A stretch of 63,671 nt of DNA, the filler included, from Sphacelaria rigidula (lineage: Eukaryota), in assembly GCA_964200075.2 (NCBI GenBank). It is 10 parts of 10 records of this genome, joined end to end, with 100 filler letters (N's around TTAATTAATTAA, not from the genome) between each part and the next. Parts side by side here need not be neighbours in the genome. Positions count along the whole stretch, not along the records: positions 1 to 6,278 come from CAXNAA020021048.1; positions 6,379 to 12,656 come from CAXNAA020021049.1; positions 12,757 to 19,034 come from CAXNAA020021050.1; 7 more parts are not named here. The stretch is one strand, 5' to 3'. The notes below the pieces were generated by a model. The model did not search any database and was not told the origin of the DNA. It worked only from the letters and a program-made list of their open reading frames with translations. The translations under genes and the position numbers were made by a program. Below are positions 1-12,840 of this stretch, in pieces. Numbering within the stretch: position 1 is the first letter of the stretch; every line of letters begins with the position of its first letter.

Positions 1-1516
1 ACTGGACCCCCACCAACCCCAACAACAAAAAAAGGACCCCCCCCCCCCCCCTCCCCCCTATCCTCTGCTTTTGCGTCGCCTTGTTGTCTTGTGCTCGGTA
101 GATGCCGCTGCCCACAAAAAGCTTAGTGAACTGGGATCCAAGTTCCAGCCCAAGCATGGTGTCACTCTGTGACTATAAAAAACTTACAAACGTATCCTGA
201 GGCGCGTCGGGACACGTGACATAGCGATTTTTTCACCACGCACTTTTCAGGGCGATCTCCACGGAGCCTCGGACGTGTGCTGTAAAAAAGTATAGTATAG
301 TCCACGATGCCGTGCGGACATGCATCAGAAGTACAGCCGTATCAGTAAACTTATTCCGTGTGGTTCCAGGCTGCTCTCTTGTTATTATATGATGTTGCCA
401 CATAGCTTCCAGATTGTTATCTTATTGTACGATGGGGAAGCTTGCCGTGTTAGGCACGGGCGAAGTGGGGGCACGGTGAGCGGGCGAAGGGGGGAGGAGG
501 GCGGGGGGGGGGGGGGGTCCGGCAAGGGATTTCACGTAGAAGGATGATGCAGATAGAAATGTGTTCATGTGACGATGTCGGAACCAAATAGACGGAAGGT
601 GTGTATTGATCATTGTTCTGTTGCATGTTCTCAAATTTCAAAGTTGCTCGTCGTATACATCGACCGAAGAGTGGAGGGGGCTGGGACGGGGGTGCGCTTT
701 GGGCTTGTACGAACGGCAGTGATGCTGGATGTCGTTCGTCGGGCATCATCTTCCCAAGAATAGCAAAAATCGATTTTCAAATTTCCTCGTCGTTCGCATC
801 TGCCGAGAAGTGAAAGGTCGGGACCGGATGTGCGCTTTGTGCTTGCGTCTACGGCGCTGTTGCCTGGTGTCGTTCTCTGCCGGGTGAAGCAGAGCTGTTG
901 CCGGTTTTCTCCTCTAACCCCCCGGACGCTTACCCCCTCAGATTGACCCGAGGTGGGCCGCCAGAAATATGCTGAAAGCAGCTGAAAGCAGCTGCTTTGG
1001 GCAACAATCACGTGAGGGGTCGGGAACCAGGGCATGCAACATACCGTTGGTTGTCATCGAAAGTGGTGCTCGTGAACAGAAGGGAACTGCCCAGCTATGG
1101 CGTTGGGGTGACCCGTCTTGAAGGTCAGCTTTTGGTTTTGTTCCGAAAATAGGTGTGGTGTCCAAGGGATTCCTCGCGACGGGGGGTAATATCCTCGGAT
1201 CAGGACCGAAATGAAGGACAACGAGGAGACCACAGGCAGCTTGATCTGAGTGGGTGTACTTCGGTAATGCATCAATACCGCGCTAAAGTCTGCACTCGAT
1301 TTTCTCGCCGGTTTTTGTCCCTCATGATATTTGGCTGTTTTGCGCGTCATGTGCCAGTCGCTATATATTTGTGCGAACATCTCACGCCATGACCCCATTT
1401 CGGTTCCTATAAATATCTCCATTCAAAGACTTTTCATATACAGATAGTCGCCGGATTTGAGAAATATTGGGTCGAGAATCACAAAATATATGTTCGCTCG
1501 TTTTCCTGCGATTAAC

Positions 1517-1766
1517 GGGTCTTTCTACGATAGTCCCCCCAAAAAACGTTGCTGGTTCGGGGAGGTAAAATCTAAACGTACATCGAAATGAAGAAAACCG
1601 AGCACAACGAGCAGCTAGGAATTCCCTTGCTTCGGTTCGTCTTTGCCGATGTCGCCCATATGAGGCGCTTCACGCAGCCTGGCATAAAATATCGGGCGCT
1701 GTATGACCATTGTCGTCGTGACAGTTGTGGGCTGGTTTTTGAGGGGGAGCTATCATAAAAATATTC
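1517..1766. mobile_element. MITE, 4-bp-TSD family (diverged copy of 35650-35920, opposite orientation)
   Basis: Terminal inverted repeat (TIR) ctttctacgatagtccccc / gggggagctatcataaaa; interior matches the reverse complement of 35700-35890; flanks taac/tgac (3 of 4). Confidence 0.7.
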
Positions 1767-3728
1767 TGACATGAAAACTCGCAAAAGAAACACAGCCCAT
1801 ACTCGGCACCAAAAGGACGAAAACAGCTGAAGACGAACAACAGCAGCGACGCCAAACGAAAACACCCGCACTGGTGTTGACCGCATCCCTCGCGGATATT
1901 GGATAGATTGGTGATATCTTTCTCAGTCAGTCCGAGGATCACTTACCATCGTTAGTGATTCTCTGTAGTTTTCGCCTGTAAGGCGGTCAACTATTATGAT
2001 GCTACTGTGCTGTCGGTGCACCGCGGAGCATGTTGAAGCCCTGACTCGTGCGAACGATATGTTGCGTATGCTTTCTAAATCCATCCGACCGACAGCATCC
2101 GTTACGTTTCTCTACGAGAGGTAACTGTATGAAGTGTCCCTTGGTCAACGAATGACGAATTATCACTTCCTCTGTGCCATAGGTGAAGTCCGTTGTGTGT
2201 TCACGGGCCCTTGACCGTGTCCCGTGCCTCAGATGATAATTTCATCGAAATCTTCGGCGTTGTTCATTTGGAAATCTCTTTTGCTTTTTGTCTGCGCATT
2301 ACCCTGCATGGGTGAACGGCCGAAAAAAAATCAGACGGCCCGAGAATGTCCGTATTTCGCCTCTGTGCCGGTAGGGGAGAACGTGAAAAAAGCAAAAAGA
2401 TTCTGCTTGTTGATCGTCCGCAGAGCCACGGCCTTTGTGGGGGGAAGAAGCCACAGCCGCCCATTCCGACGTTTGTTTGAGAGGTCGAGCTCTCCGGTGT
2501 CATCTATCAGAGCTTCTTAGTTTTTCCGTAGTATTGTCGGGTACTCGGGACCACCACCATTGGACTCGATGAGCGGGCCTAGACGCCCCTCGGCACTCTA
2601 GAGATGCATGGCGGGATGGCTAGTGCTATATCCACTGCCATAGCGTATCGGCGGCGGCCCAATGATACTTCAGCGCACCGGTTATGGTATGGTGGTATGT
2701 TCACGGGAGAGTCCATCGTGGCTGTGGCAGGTAGTAAGCATTGACTGTCGAAATCCTAAAAAACACACGATAGAGAGTTTCGATACTATTGTTTTCGCGC
2801 TTACTTGAAGGTCAGGGCGGAAGGAGAAAGAGCCGGTATTCCATCTTGGACCGTTCAGGATCGAAACCCTATTTTGCAAGGCTGTAACTGGACCAGTTCA
2901 TACTGTCGGTTGAGCTGCACCTAAAGTTGACGGAAATGGCGACGAGGGCGACAGTTGTCCGGTTTACTTGAGGTTGTCGTTACCGTCTATTAGTGTAATT
3001 ATAACAGAGACGCTTACTACTTCCACTGTAGAGAGCCTGTTTACACGCGCAGGGAATGTGTTGACGAAGAATCGCAAATCGCGGAGCCCCGAGCACGCTT
3101 GACCTGTTGGCCTTCATACGTAGCACGTGGTGAGTTACGTAGGAAAATGGGGTATCAGTTGAGACGGAGGGCGCTTCGAAGGCGTCGAGGGAACTTGTTT
3201 GCGTCAACCACGCTTGAAGCAGCGGTGCGCAGCTTCAAGGTTCCGTCTTTCGCGATTCAGTCGATTTGTACAGCATAAGTTTGGTGTTCTCTTGTAATAC
3301 AATAGCATATATATATATATATATATATATATGAAGAACGGGTTTGCCCTCGACTAGTCACTAGCTGACTACTTGAGGTGATTTCTGCTTGTTTTTGTCA
3401 GGTCTGCTCCGTTGGTACCTCGTGGTTCTGCAGTTTGCCGTCTTTCGACCATGGCGTGTAGGTCGATGGCTGATCATTCGGAGGAGGAAAGTAAAGAGAA
3501 AATGACGAGGAACATGAAACAAAAGGTGTGATTGATTAATTGATTGTCGCACTTTAACTGACCCCCCAGGGGTCCAGCCGTGGTCTCATAATAGACGTAC
3601 CCAAAGAAAACGAAACTGAAACACGCTGAGAAAAAAAAAAGGAACAGGAAAAAAAAACAGGAAAAAAAAGGAAAGAGGGGTCGAAGAGAATGACATAGCA
3701 GACTAAGTCGTGACAAAAAAAATGTAAT

Positions 3729-4213
3729 GTGTACCCTGTCGTTTGAGGGACAAAGCGGGGGCAGTGCACTTTTCGTTTGGGGCGCGGGCCTACACGCGGG
3801 ATGAGCACCTCGAAAACATGTTCCAACGTCTCAGCCACAAGCCCAAGGTGCCTGGGCAGCCTATTTCGACCCTTTTTTTTTTCACTCGTGGCGTTAGGCT
3901 TAACTAGCATAGCAGGGTACGCAGATGAAGAGAGAAGGTTATGATCAAAACTTTAATCCGACAGAAGGGTGTACCCTGCTGATTTGTTGACAGAAAAGGA
4001 TGCTCTGGACGGTTCTCATTTCCCGCGCCGAAGTTAAGCCTAATAACATGTGTAAAAGAAGAGAAAAATGTCGCGCATGTACTGCCCAGGCGCCTTGGGC
4101 GTGGGGCTGAGGCGTTGGAACGTGTTTTCGAGATGCTCAGCCCGCGTGAAGCGCCGCGCTCCACGTCGAAAAGCGCTCTACCCCCGTTTTGTTCCACAAA
4201 CCATAGGGTATAC
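3729..4213. repeat. Inverted pair of ~180-bp dispersed repeat units (long-TIR/foldback-like); third copy at ~26810-27030
   Basis: 3729-3905 is the diverged reverse complement of 4031-4213 (e.g. cccaaggtgcctgggcag / ctgcccaggcgccttggg); the same unit recurs on contig 5. Confidence 0.8.
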
Positions 4214-4911
4214 CCTTTTTTTTGTATATTTACCAAAGGGAAGTGTTACTAATATACGGTGCGACGCTTGATGCGGAACTGCCGAACGCCAAACCCCAAA
4301 GGCCAATTGCCAATAGTTGCGTGATGAAGAGGGTCCTCAACATGATGCAACATGCCCACCACACCTCGAAGCCTTATATATGCATATATATATATATATA
4401 TATATATATAGGGGATATTTGTCGAGGTTTGTCGTTTCTTCTTGCACGACATCCGAAAACAAAAAAACGAACTGGTCTCCCGCGACAACACAGTATAAGG
4501 TACAATCATCGCTTGCTAATCAACTACTACATGCGTGTGTGTCAGTACAGATATGGAGAAGTTTGCACTCGTATCCCAAGGTGCTGCCTGCCTTTCATCC
4601 TCCGCACCCCATGGAGAGTCTCTGGTGCTGCATGCTACCGGTGAATGGCTTTCGAATCGCTCACCGCTTGGAAATGAGATTTTAATGGCATCTAAGCAAG
4701 CCTCATCATCTTGACTCCTCAATGTGAGGGGTCACATTTTTTACAACCTTCCACGATTCTTGAAGGGAAAAAAAGCCAAATCCCGCAATATTGCTTGCCT
4801 GTGATGGTGCTCCCGCGAATCCCCCTTATCTCACCAGCCGGGCTGCGGGGCGTTGGGGTTTGCGGCTCCGCATTTCGCCGCCGACGTTTCGACAGTAATA
4901 ACAGCCGATCA

Positions 4912-5287
4912 TCGAAATCGAGGATGGAGCTTTTCATTGAGGATGAGAACACGAAGGATTAAAATCTCCGAATCCACACCAAATCTTCGAAATTTGGTTC
5001 CATTCTTTCGCCTACTGCTAGCTATTGACAACCGCTACACGCCTTACAAATTTGTATTTCGATAACCGAAATGTTGGGGTCCTAGGTGAAACACCCCATA
5101 CATGTTTTTTCACCTAGGACCCCAACATTTCGGCTATCGAAATCCAAATTTGTAGCGCGTGTAATTATTGTCATCAGCCACCAGTCGGCGAAATAATGGA
5201 ACCATACTTCGAATATTTGGTGTGGATACGACGATTTTAATCCTCCGGGTTCTCATCCTCAATGAAACGCTCCATCCTCAATTTCGA
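4912..5287. repeat. Long palindrome: 180-bp arms, 16-nt loop
   Basis: 4912-5091 vs 5108-5287; core ccgaaatgttggggtcctaggtgaaa / tttcacctaggaccccaacatttcgg is perfect, outer arms are diverged. Confidence 0.9.
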
Positions 5288-5469
5288 CACTTCTAGAGAA
5301 GCTAATCGGGCCCCAAAGTGAATCAGGTGTTCTTGATTCGAAAATCGAGAAAGGCAGTGAGATGCGAAGTATCCGTCTGGTCGTTTCGGAGAGAATCTCG
5401 AAAGGCTTTCTGTGCACATGACACACACTGTCCTGCTGCGTAATGCTTACGGCAGCTTATTATTACGGA

Positions 5470-6170
5470 TGTTATTATGGCAAACAGATTTTTGGCCCAC
5501 GGATCGTTCACTTTTGGGACGTTTAACCCAATTTTTGACCCCTAAACAACAGGGGAAATCGCCAACACACGTCTCGGAGAGGAGCCTAGCCTACTTCCCA
5601 GATTCGCTTGGCTCCGAGGTTCCGAGATTGGCCGCTGAACAATACTTCGTGTGCAATAATCTGTCCTTGCCGACCCCCGCCAATTTGCCGAAAAATCTAT
5701 GGAGATTGCCGTAGATATTATTCGACACGGATTATTGTTCGGCGGCCACTCTCGAAACCTTGGAGCCAAGCGAATCTGAGAAGCTCCTCTCTGTGGGGTG
5801 ATGTAAAGTGTCCAAGGCGTGTGTTGGCGATTTTCCCTGTTCAGGGACCAAAAACAGTTAACTGCGTCAAACGTCCCAAAAGTGAACAATCTGTGTGCCA
5901 AACCATCTGGCCTAAGGCCGGACGTTACGGCAAAGAGATTTTTGAACCACGGATTGTTCACTTTTGGGACATTTGAGCCACTTTTTCACCCCCAAACAGG
6001 GAAAATCGCCAACAAACGTCTTGGACACTCTGCATCACCCCACCGAGAAGAGGAGCCTAGTCTGCTGTTCAGAATCGCTTGGCTCCGAGATTTCGAGTTG
6101 GCCGCTGAACAAAAATTCGTGCGCAAAAATCTGTGCTAGCCAACCCCCGCCAGTTTGCCAGAAAAAAAAA
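5470..6170. repeat. Three ~200-240 bp units in alternating (+/-/+) orientation
   Basis: gttcacttttgggac...tcgcttggctccgag occurs forward at ~5505-5620 and ~5955-6090, and as its reverse complement at ~5750-5890. Confidence 0.85.
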
Positions 6171-6278
6171 ATCATTTGGAGCATCAATACCTACGGAACT
6201 GCCAAGTTTGAGGATGATCTGAGCTTTTCTACAACAGATATAAGGGAAATCGTCACGAGGCTCCCTGGGTCTTTCCCG

Positions 6279-6378
6279 NNNNNNNNNNNNNNNNNNNNNN
6301 NNNNNNNNNNNNNNNNNNNNNNTTAATTAATTAANNNNNNNNNNNNNNNNNNNNNNNNNNNNNNNNNNNNNNNNNNNN
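6279..6378. other. Artificial contig-joining spacer; same spacer at 12657-12756, 19035-19134, 25413-25512, 31790-31889, 38167-38266, 44544-44643, 50920-51019, 57296-57395
   Basis: 44 N + TTAATTAATTAA (stops in all six frames) + 44 N, occurring nine times; intervening contigs fall in length from 6278 to 6276 bp. Confidence 0.99.
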
Positions 6379-6450
6379 GTGGGAAATCCCTCTTGGAACA
6401 AAACAAAACCGCCGCGGGGGCGGCCCCCACCCCCGCGCGGAGGCCTCCCA

Positions 6451-6512
<62 letters not shown>

Positions 6513-6589
6513 GGGAGCAGGGGCTAAGTAACCAAACACCACTTTGGGGGGGGAAATGTCTCTCCCACACGTACCATGCCATCATAGCA

Positions 6590-6709
6590 TCATGATCGAC
6601 TATTTCCCGAGTGCTTGCGGGATGCCGTAGTTGGTCTTGCGGGGTCGGAAGGTGAAGATCCCATGTCGCGCAGGTTGCGTTTCGGTCGACCCAGCTCGCA
6701 CTGGTTCAC
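6590..6709 (-). CDS. Kinesin-14 (C-terminal motor, KIFC/Kar3/Ncd-like), last exon
   Basis: tag|GTG acceptor; VNQCELGRPKRNLRDMGSSPSDPARPTTASRKHSGNSRS*; continues SLRFASQ in phase 0. The motor ends near the C-terminus, as in kinesin-14. Confidence 0.9.
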   Translation of the reverse strand: MNQCELGRPKRNLRDMGSSPSDPARPTTASRKHSGNSRS

Positions 6710-6732
6710 CTATTCCACAAGCAACAAAAAAA

Positions 6733-6734
<2 letters not shown>

Positions 6735-6770
<36 letters not shown>
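6735..6770. repeat. (CAG)12 microsatellite inside the last kinesin intron
   Basis: Direct reading; lies just outside the acceptor at 6710. Confidence 0.95.
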
Positions 6771-6773
<3 letters not shown>

Positions 6774-7812
6774 GAGCAACACGTGCGGCGCTCAAACAAC
6801 CAACCCCCGGAGCTTCTCATCAAAAACCAAGCTCAAGTGCCTGAAAAACTAAAAACGTCAATTACGGGTGGTATGTACATCACAAAACATTGTAAAAACT
6901 TCTTCGAGAAGAATGAATGTAAGAAAAGAAGAATTAAAAAAAGGAACCCACATGTAAGCCCAAGATTATTCCGGCCTCTAGAATGTCCGGGCAAAAAACA
7001 TGCGCGCACTGTATCGAGAGAGGTACGCTTGAGCATAACTACTTCAGCATTCCATTCATTAGCATCCCTGGGCAAAACTTACTGTTTTAAGTGCTTATTT
7101 CATTCGGGACATCAACTTCATGCACACTCCGGACAAAATGAGCTCCTCAACAAGGGTTACGTGACCCCTTGTGAGCGCGAAATAGATCCTGACAAAACAG
7201 CCCATCTCCCCGACAAAACAATCCATATTCGTGAATATATATATATTTATTTATCTTCCACAAAATTCCACACGATGGCGATTCGAATATGAGTCGATGT
7301 TCGTCTTCTTTTTCTCTCCATCACAATTTTCACGTGTCGATAACCATCACTTTTCTTCTCTTTTTCTTCATGTCGGAGGATACCGTCTGCAGCGCGCCAC
7401 TGGAGTAGCGTACTGTACCCCCTCACCAGACAAAACAAGTGATAAATATTATTAGCAGCTGCCCGGGGATATTATATATTTCGACCGCCGGTCTGATTGA
7501 GGGGTCTGGTGCAATCGTAGCAGAATTAAGATGGACACACCTACGGACAAGCTACTGATGGTGGTGGTAATGGGCCCTTCTGGAGTATGACCAAATAATA
7601 AATGCCGCTCAGATCTTCAAGGGGGAAATGAAACAGTCACGGACACTCCGCAAACATTGGACATTCGGCAACCATTGGGCATTCGGCAACCATTGGACAC
7701 TTGCGAAACCTGGCCAGGCAGCCGGGTGCAACCTGAAAGAGCGGCTTAGAACTGTCTCAGCGAGTTGATGAACGCTTGTAGTGTCTACACGGCAGAAACG
7801 GCATTATTTCAA

Positions 7813-8011
7813 GCGCAGGTCGAGTACAGTATACTCAATTGCGGGGTATTTTGAAAGACGCACTTCAGGTACCCAAATTAGGGTAAAGTGTTCATAGTCG
7901 TACCCAAAAACTAACTGGCAAGCGATCCCTAAAACCCTACCCCCAACTGGTGTGCTTCAAGTACGACTTTCAAAATACCTCGTAGTTGAGTATACTCTAC
8001 TCGACCTGCCC
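7813..8011. mobile_element. MITE with ~50-bp TIRs (possibly PIF/Harbinger Tourist-like) in a kinesin intron
   Basis: gcaggtcgagtacagtatactcaattgcggggtattttgaaa vs tttcaaaatacctcgtagttgagtatactctactcgacctgc; superfamily is tentative, TSD unclear. Confidence 0.75.
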
Positions 8012-8389
8012 TTGCATCATTTCATATTCAGAGATTGGGGGAGAGGTCGGTGGAAAAAAGTCGGGGGAGGGAAGAGAAGGAAAGGGAAGAAGAGGGAGAG
8101 CAAAAACGTTTGTTCGTTTCCGAAATAAACCTCAACATGTCCACAACAACAAAAACACGTTTCACCACTATTTAATATACGGAGCGGGCCCAGTACGTAC
8201 AAGTATCGCACATAAAAAAAAGTAAGCTGTTATCAAAATAAACTGGTGAGTCGCCCTCCTGCAAAAACTTCGAACATTATTGCAAAAAGAATCAATTACA
8301 CCACCGATACGCAAACTCTCGCCCTGGAGTATGACACACAACAGGGGTGTGGTACAAACACACAAACAGACACGCACACAGACACGCAC

Positions 8390-8530
8390 CTGGGAGGCGA
8401 AGCGCAGCGAGCATACGGTCTCGTGATACGACTCATCCGTTGGACTGAGATTGACCATCATGAGAGTCTTTCCGTCGCCAGACAGAGCAGGCTGCAGCAG
8501 GTACGTCAGCTTAGAATTGCGAAAAGGAAT
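8390..8530 (-). CDS. Kinesin-14 motor domain exon
   Basis: cag|ATT...CAG|gtgcgt; [47 protein letters not shown], the canonical kinesin microtubule-binding/alpha6 motifs. Confidence 0.96.
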
Positions 8531-10748
8531 CTGGTCGCAGGAACGGGACAGAGCGGCATGAAACGACGATACGCGCGTGCGGTGGCAGAGAAGGAGGGGA
8601 GCGGGCGGGGGAGAGGAAGGGGACTTATCAAGAACAGACATTTCTTTCATGTGCACATTAGAGAGTTTCGGAAAACAAAAACAGGCCAGAAAAACTCGGG
8701 GATAATTATCGTTTGATTGAACTTTAGTAACAAGACGCGAATTATCCCTGAGTTTTTGGCTCAAAAGTTTGGTTTCCGAAACTCTCCATTATATCAAATG
8801 ATATATACACAAGGTTCTCCTTCGGGAGGTTGGTACGGGCCTCCCGGGGGTGACGCAAGTCGAGAATATATGGTTGAGAGAGGCTGTTGAATCCCAATGT
8901 ACAGTAGTAATCATCATGGCTGTACAAAACATCGCTAGAGTTATCGGACGTTATTCGGAACTATTGGAATCCCAACGGAGGCCGACGGCGGAACCGCCGG
9001 CGTAGGACATGTGTGATATTCCCGAGGTGCCAGAGTGTGAAGTAGCTCTCGTGCCACAAATACATGACAGCGGGAGGCACTTGCCGAAAAATTGGAATGC
9101 GTGGAACATTCTTGGCATGTTCTTTGTACATCACTGTGGCCTCCACATCACCGGACCTTTTTTTCAAAACAAGGTGATTGTTTTTCGCGGCAAAACATTC
9201 CTGTGCTGCCGTACTGCTGTGCTGTTGTTCTTGTTCAACTCGCCAACGGCCCATTCCACGGTCTTGTGTTCGCTGCTGACTAAGGCCAAGGCGATATTCA
9301 ATTGTTTTCAACTGCGTTACTCTCATGCTCTCGTGACATGGGCTGCATGACCGGTGTGTTCGTGCTCCCAAATGAACGAGAACGCGACAGAGAGAAACAC
9401 GGGGGGGAAATACCCCGCCAAAAGCGATCCTGTTTGAATACTTCCATGATGTTCAACAGGCTTTTTTTGTGGTTCGGGTTCTCGATTCAAGCTTTCCATG
9501 ATCTAGAAAAGGCTTTTCTGGTTCAGGATCGACACCCCGCGAAAAAGAGCCAGTTTGAGCGACTTTCGGTGGCCAGAACACGCGCCACAGGTATCAGATG
9601 ACACCCAGACCTCAACGGTAATGTACCGCTAAGCCTTCTTAGTGCGCTGCAAAAAGAAGCGCAGGAAAAAAATGCCTTGCTGCCAGAGAAAACTCGGCGA
9701 AAGTGGTGAAAAATGTGAAATGATACATGTACATATATATATATATAGAGAGAGAGAGAAGTAGCCTTCAATACAATCGATCGATTGATAGATACATGAC
9801 TCGTAAGGCATCATGCAAATTCCAATATCTCGGCGATGATCGACGATAATAATCTCTCTTCGGAAAAAAAGGGAATACAACAGTGTTGGAGACTATACAA
9901 TGAAATGCATGGGGGATACAAAGAGGGGATGCGATACAACCGGAAAATATCACGGGACAGTTTTCCATACAGCATGTGGTATATTTCTCCAAGGGTAAGA
10001 CAATTTTGGAATTCTACGGGGGCAACGCTTGGTGCAAAAAACAACAAACATCAAAAAAAAATCGGAATATATTACAATCAGTGTTAAGGATTAAATCGAA
10101 TATAAACGATGAAATAGACACACCACTAGATATATTGTTCACAAAAAAATTACAAGCATGCAGCGCAGTTCGCTTGAATAGGGAAAAAAGAAGAGAAAAA
10201 GAAGAAAAACAAATGAAGCAATAGTACGCAATACTACGTTTTCGTTCTTCATCGAGTCAACTACGTTCGACATATTTCTTGATTTCTCACATCACGGGTG
10301 AACGGGTAAATGGGGGGGGGGGGAGGGGGGAACACCGAAGGAAAGAGGAAACATGTTTATATCCATGACCACATCCATGTTCATGCCCACGTCGTCCACG
10401 TCTATTCTATCGATCTGTCTACCCTTCCTCTAGTCACCGACGCCACCCGAACTCGAGTATATTCCGCAAACAAACTCTCGATTCACTTACACTGGATAAT
10501 AAATATAGATTTGTATATACCTCGACTTGGATAATGACTTTAGATTACATCAACAGAAGGTGTGCCATGAATCGTACAGCATCGATTATTTTCGTATATT
10601 ATAATAGACGATTAGACTCAATACTATACGCCGTATGCTTTGTGCCCACGCCGCCTTTTCGTCCAGGGTGCGTGATGAACACGTACATATGTACATATTC
10701 CTAGTGTGAAAAAGCAAGTTCTTTTAATGCGCAAGCCAAACAGCTTAC

Positions 10749-10930
10749 ATGCGAATTCTTGTTGGAGATGGAGACGAACACGTCGGTGAGCGAGCTCAGG
10801 GACTTGTTGATGGCCACAGTCTCCTTGAGCCTATCCCCCGTCGCGTTCGAGCGACTAAGCCTCTCGCTACCGGCCAGATCGACGAGGTGTAGAGTGCCCT
10901 TCAACGACGACCGCTGCTGCTGGTTCACGG
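10749..10930 (-). CDS. Kinesin-14 motor domain exon (switch II)
   Basis: cag|CC...CAT|gtaagc; [48 protein letters not shown] splices in frame to IPFRNSKLT. Upstream exons were not found in this contig. Confidence 0.96.
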
Positions 10931-11033
10931 CTGGTAAAAGGAAATACAGGGGGGGTAGACGGGAAAGGGGGGGGCAATCGCAGAAGGTGAAATGATTCAA
11001 GCAACCATACAAATTGCACATGAGGTGATGACG

Positions 11034-11035
<2 letters not shown>

Positions 11036-11106
<71 letters not shown>

Positions 11107-11140
11107 TGCGTGCGTGCGTGCGTGCGCGTGTGCGTGTGTT
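11036..11140. repeat. (GT)n/(GCGT)n microsatellite
   Basis: Direct reading. Confidence 0.95.
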
Positions 11141-12804
11141 GTGTGCGTGTGTACCACCGCGGGTCGGTGGTCTAAATTAAAATTAGGGTGAGAGAACGCG
11201 GCTACGATTCCAACCAAATACGTTTGTGTTTTGGAAGGAGAGGGGGGATTCCTTCACACTGCTTGATTTCCATCGATAAATGCGTGAGAGGGCCTGAGTA
11301 GCAAATATGTCTATTTTTACCAAGTTTGCTGCTTGACAAGCGTAACGCGGTGCTGCGTGAAGTGCTGGTCATGGTCCAATCCGCGAGACCAATAGTGCAA
11401 GGCCCGTACTGTACCGCGGGAGATGTTGATGATGGCTTGATTGATGATTGATCGCTCGGGGCTAGGGACTGGTCCAGAGAAAGGAACGGAGAGGGTCTAA
11501 AGTGTGACGAAAAACAAAATAAAAATGGATACTGTAGTCAGGGCGAAAAGTCACGTGTTTCACACCAGGATCCGCTGCCTGCTTCTGTCGTTGAAAGCGT
11601 GGACGAGAACGTGAGTAAAAAATCGAACCAATCATGATAACAAATCGGCGACAGTCGTCCTGATGTGTCTTGGGAGGGGGAGAAATGGACTGACTGATCT
11701 CCGGAGATCGACTGCGCACCCATACCGGGGAAGGGGAGGCGGTTTGAATATTCATGGACAAAAACAAAAACAAAAACAAAAACAAAAAACGAAAAATATG
11801 AAGACGAGAAAGTCAAAAAACACTGGGAGAGGGACGATGGCCGCAGCCGTGTAGCGATAATCGGGCAGATATTTTGCGTTCGACAGGTGCAAAGAATAAG
11901 CTTCAGTTTATGGGCATCTTGCATGTGGAACCGTTTCATTTCCGCCTCGGCAGAGAAGAGATTCACGAGTTTTAGCGTTTGGTCGTGAAAGAAGTGTATG
12001 GTGGGCGGATCCATCTCCGCATGTTGGCTTTGCACAATTCAGCCAAATCAAGACGGAAGGTTCCAGGTTCTCGTCCGCGTGTGCTGAAAGTTGTATTCCC
12101 CTTACTGCGCCACGATTTTGGTATTTGTTGGACCTCCGAAAACCGTGTTAGAATGGCAGTTAGCATGTGCTTGTTGGAATGGCAGTTGGTAAAGATTTTG
12201 TCTACATGTCTGAACTGAGTAACAAGTGGAGAGACTGTTGTTGCGTAGTGTTGGTCGAACCCCCGATGCCAGCCCCCCCCGCTGGCCTGACAGTCACCGC
12301 CCAATAGGCTGGGTATGAGCTGTGCCGACTAGAGAGGACGTCGAGAGGTTTTTTTACTTAGATGCTACACGTGCCGGTGTTGTGTCGGGTTGCACGCATG
12401 TGATCTTAGTTCGATCTACGAGGACTGTTGTTGCTGGTTGGCATCAGTTCAAGCAGGAGCAGCATATGATATTTTGTAGACTTAAATAAACTTGAATGGC
12501 AGGTGAAGTAAACTGCATAAGCTATAGCTATGCTGTGCTAAATTTTGGAGGCAGCGGGTAGTGCATACCGTACAGTTGTTGTTGTTGTTGTTGTTGTCTT
12601 CACATTAAAAGCCGTTCCGATATCTGCGCGGTACATTGGTACTGGGCATTTTATGCNNNNNNNNNNNNNNNNNNNNNNNNNNNNNNNNNNNNNNNNNNNN
12701 TTAATTAATTAANNNNNNNNNNNNNNNNNNNNNNNNNNNNNNNNNNNNNNNNNNNNGGGGTTTCCTCTTTGTCGCGCCTTCCCAAAGTGCCCCCTTTCAA
12801 AACC

Positions 12805-12840
<36 letters not shown>

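Noticed and set aside
6323..6334. TTAATTAATTAA as a biological repeat recurring every ~6.38 kb
   Set aside because: It is a six-frame stop linker embedded in Ns.
6452..6511. Poly-proline/glycine ORFs over a long G run (also the C run at ~12808-12839)
   Set aside because: These are homopolymers near contig ends; their length is unreliable and may be a sequencing artefact.
6615..7292. 225-aa polyQ ORF
   Set aside because: It is antisense to the last kinesin exon and its intron; the polyQ comes from an intronic microsatellite.
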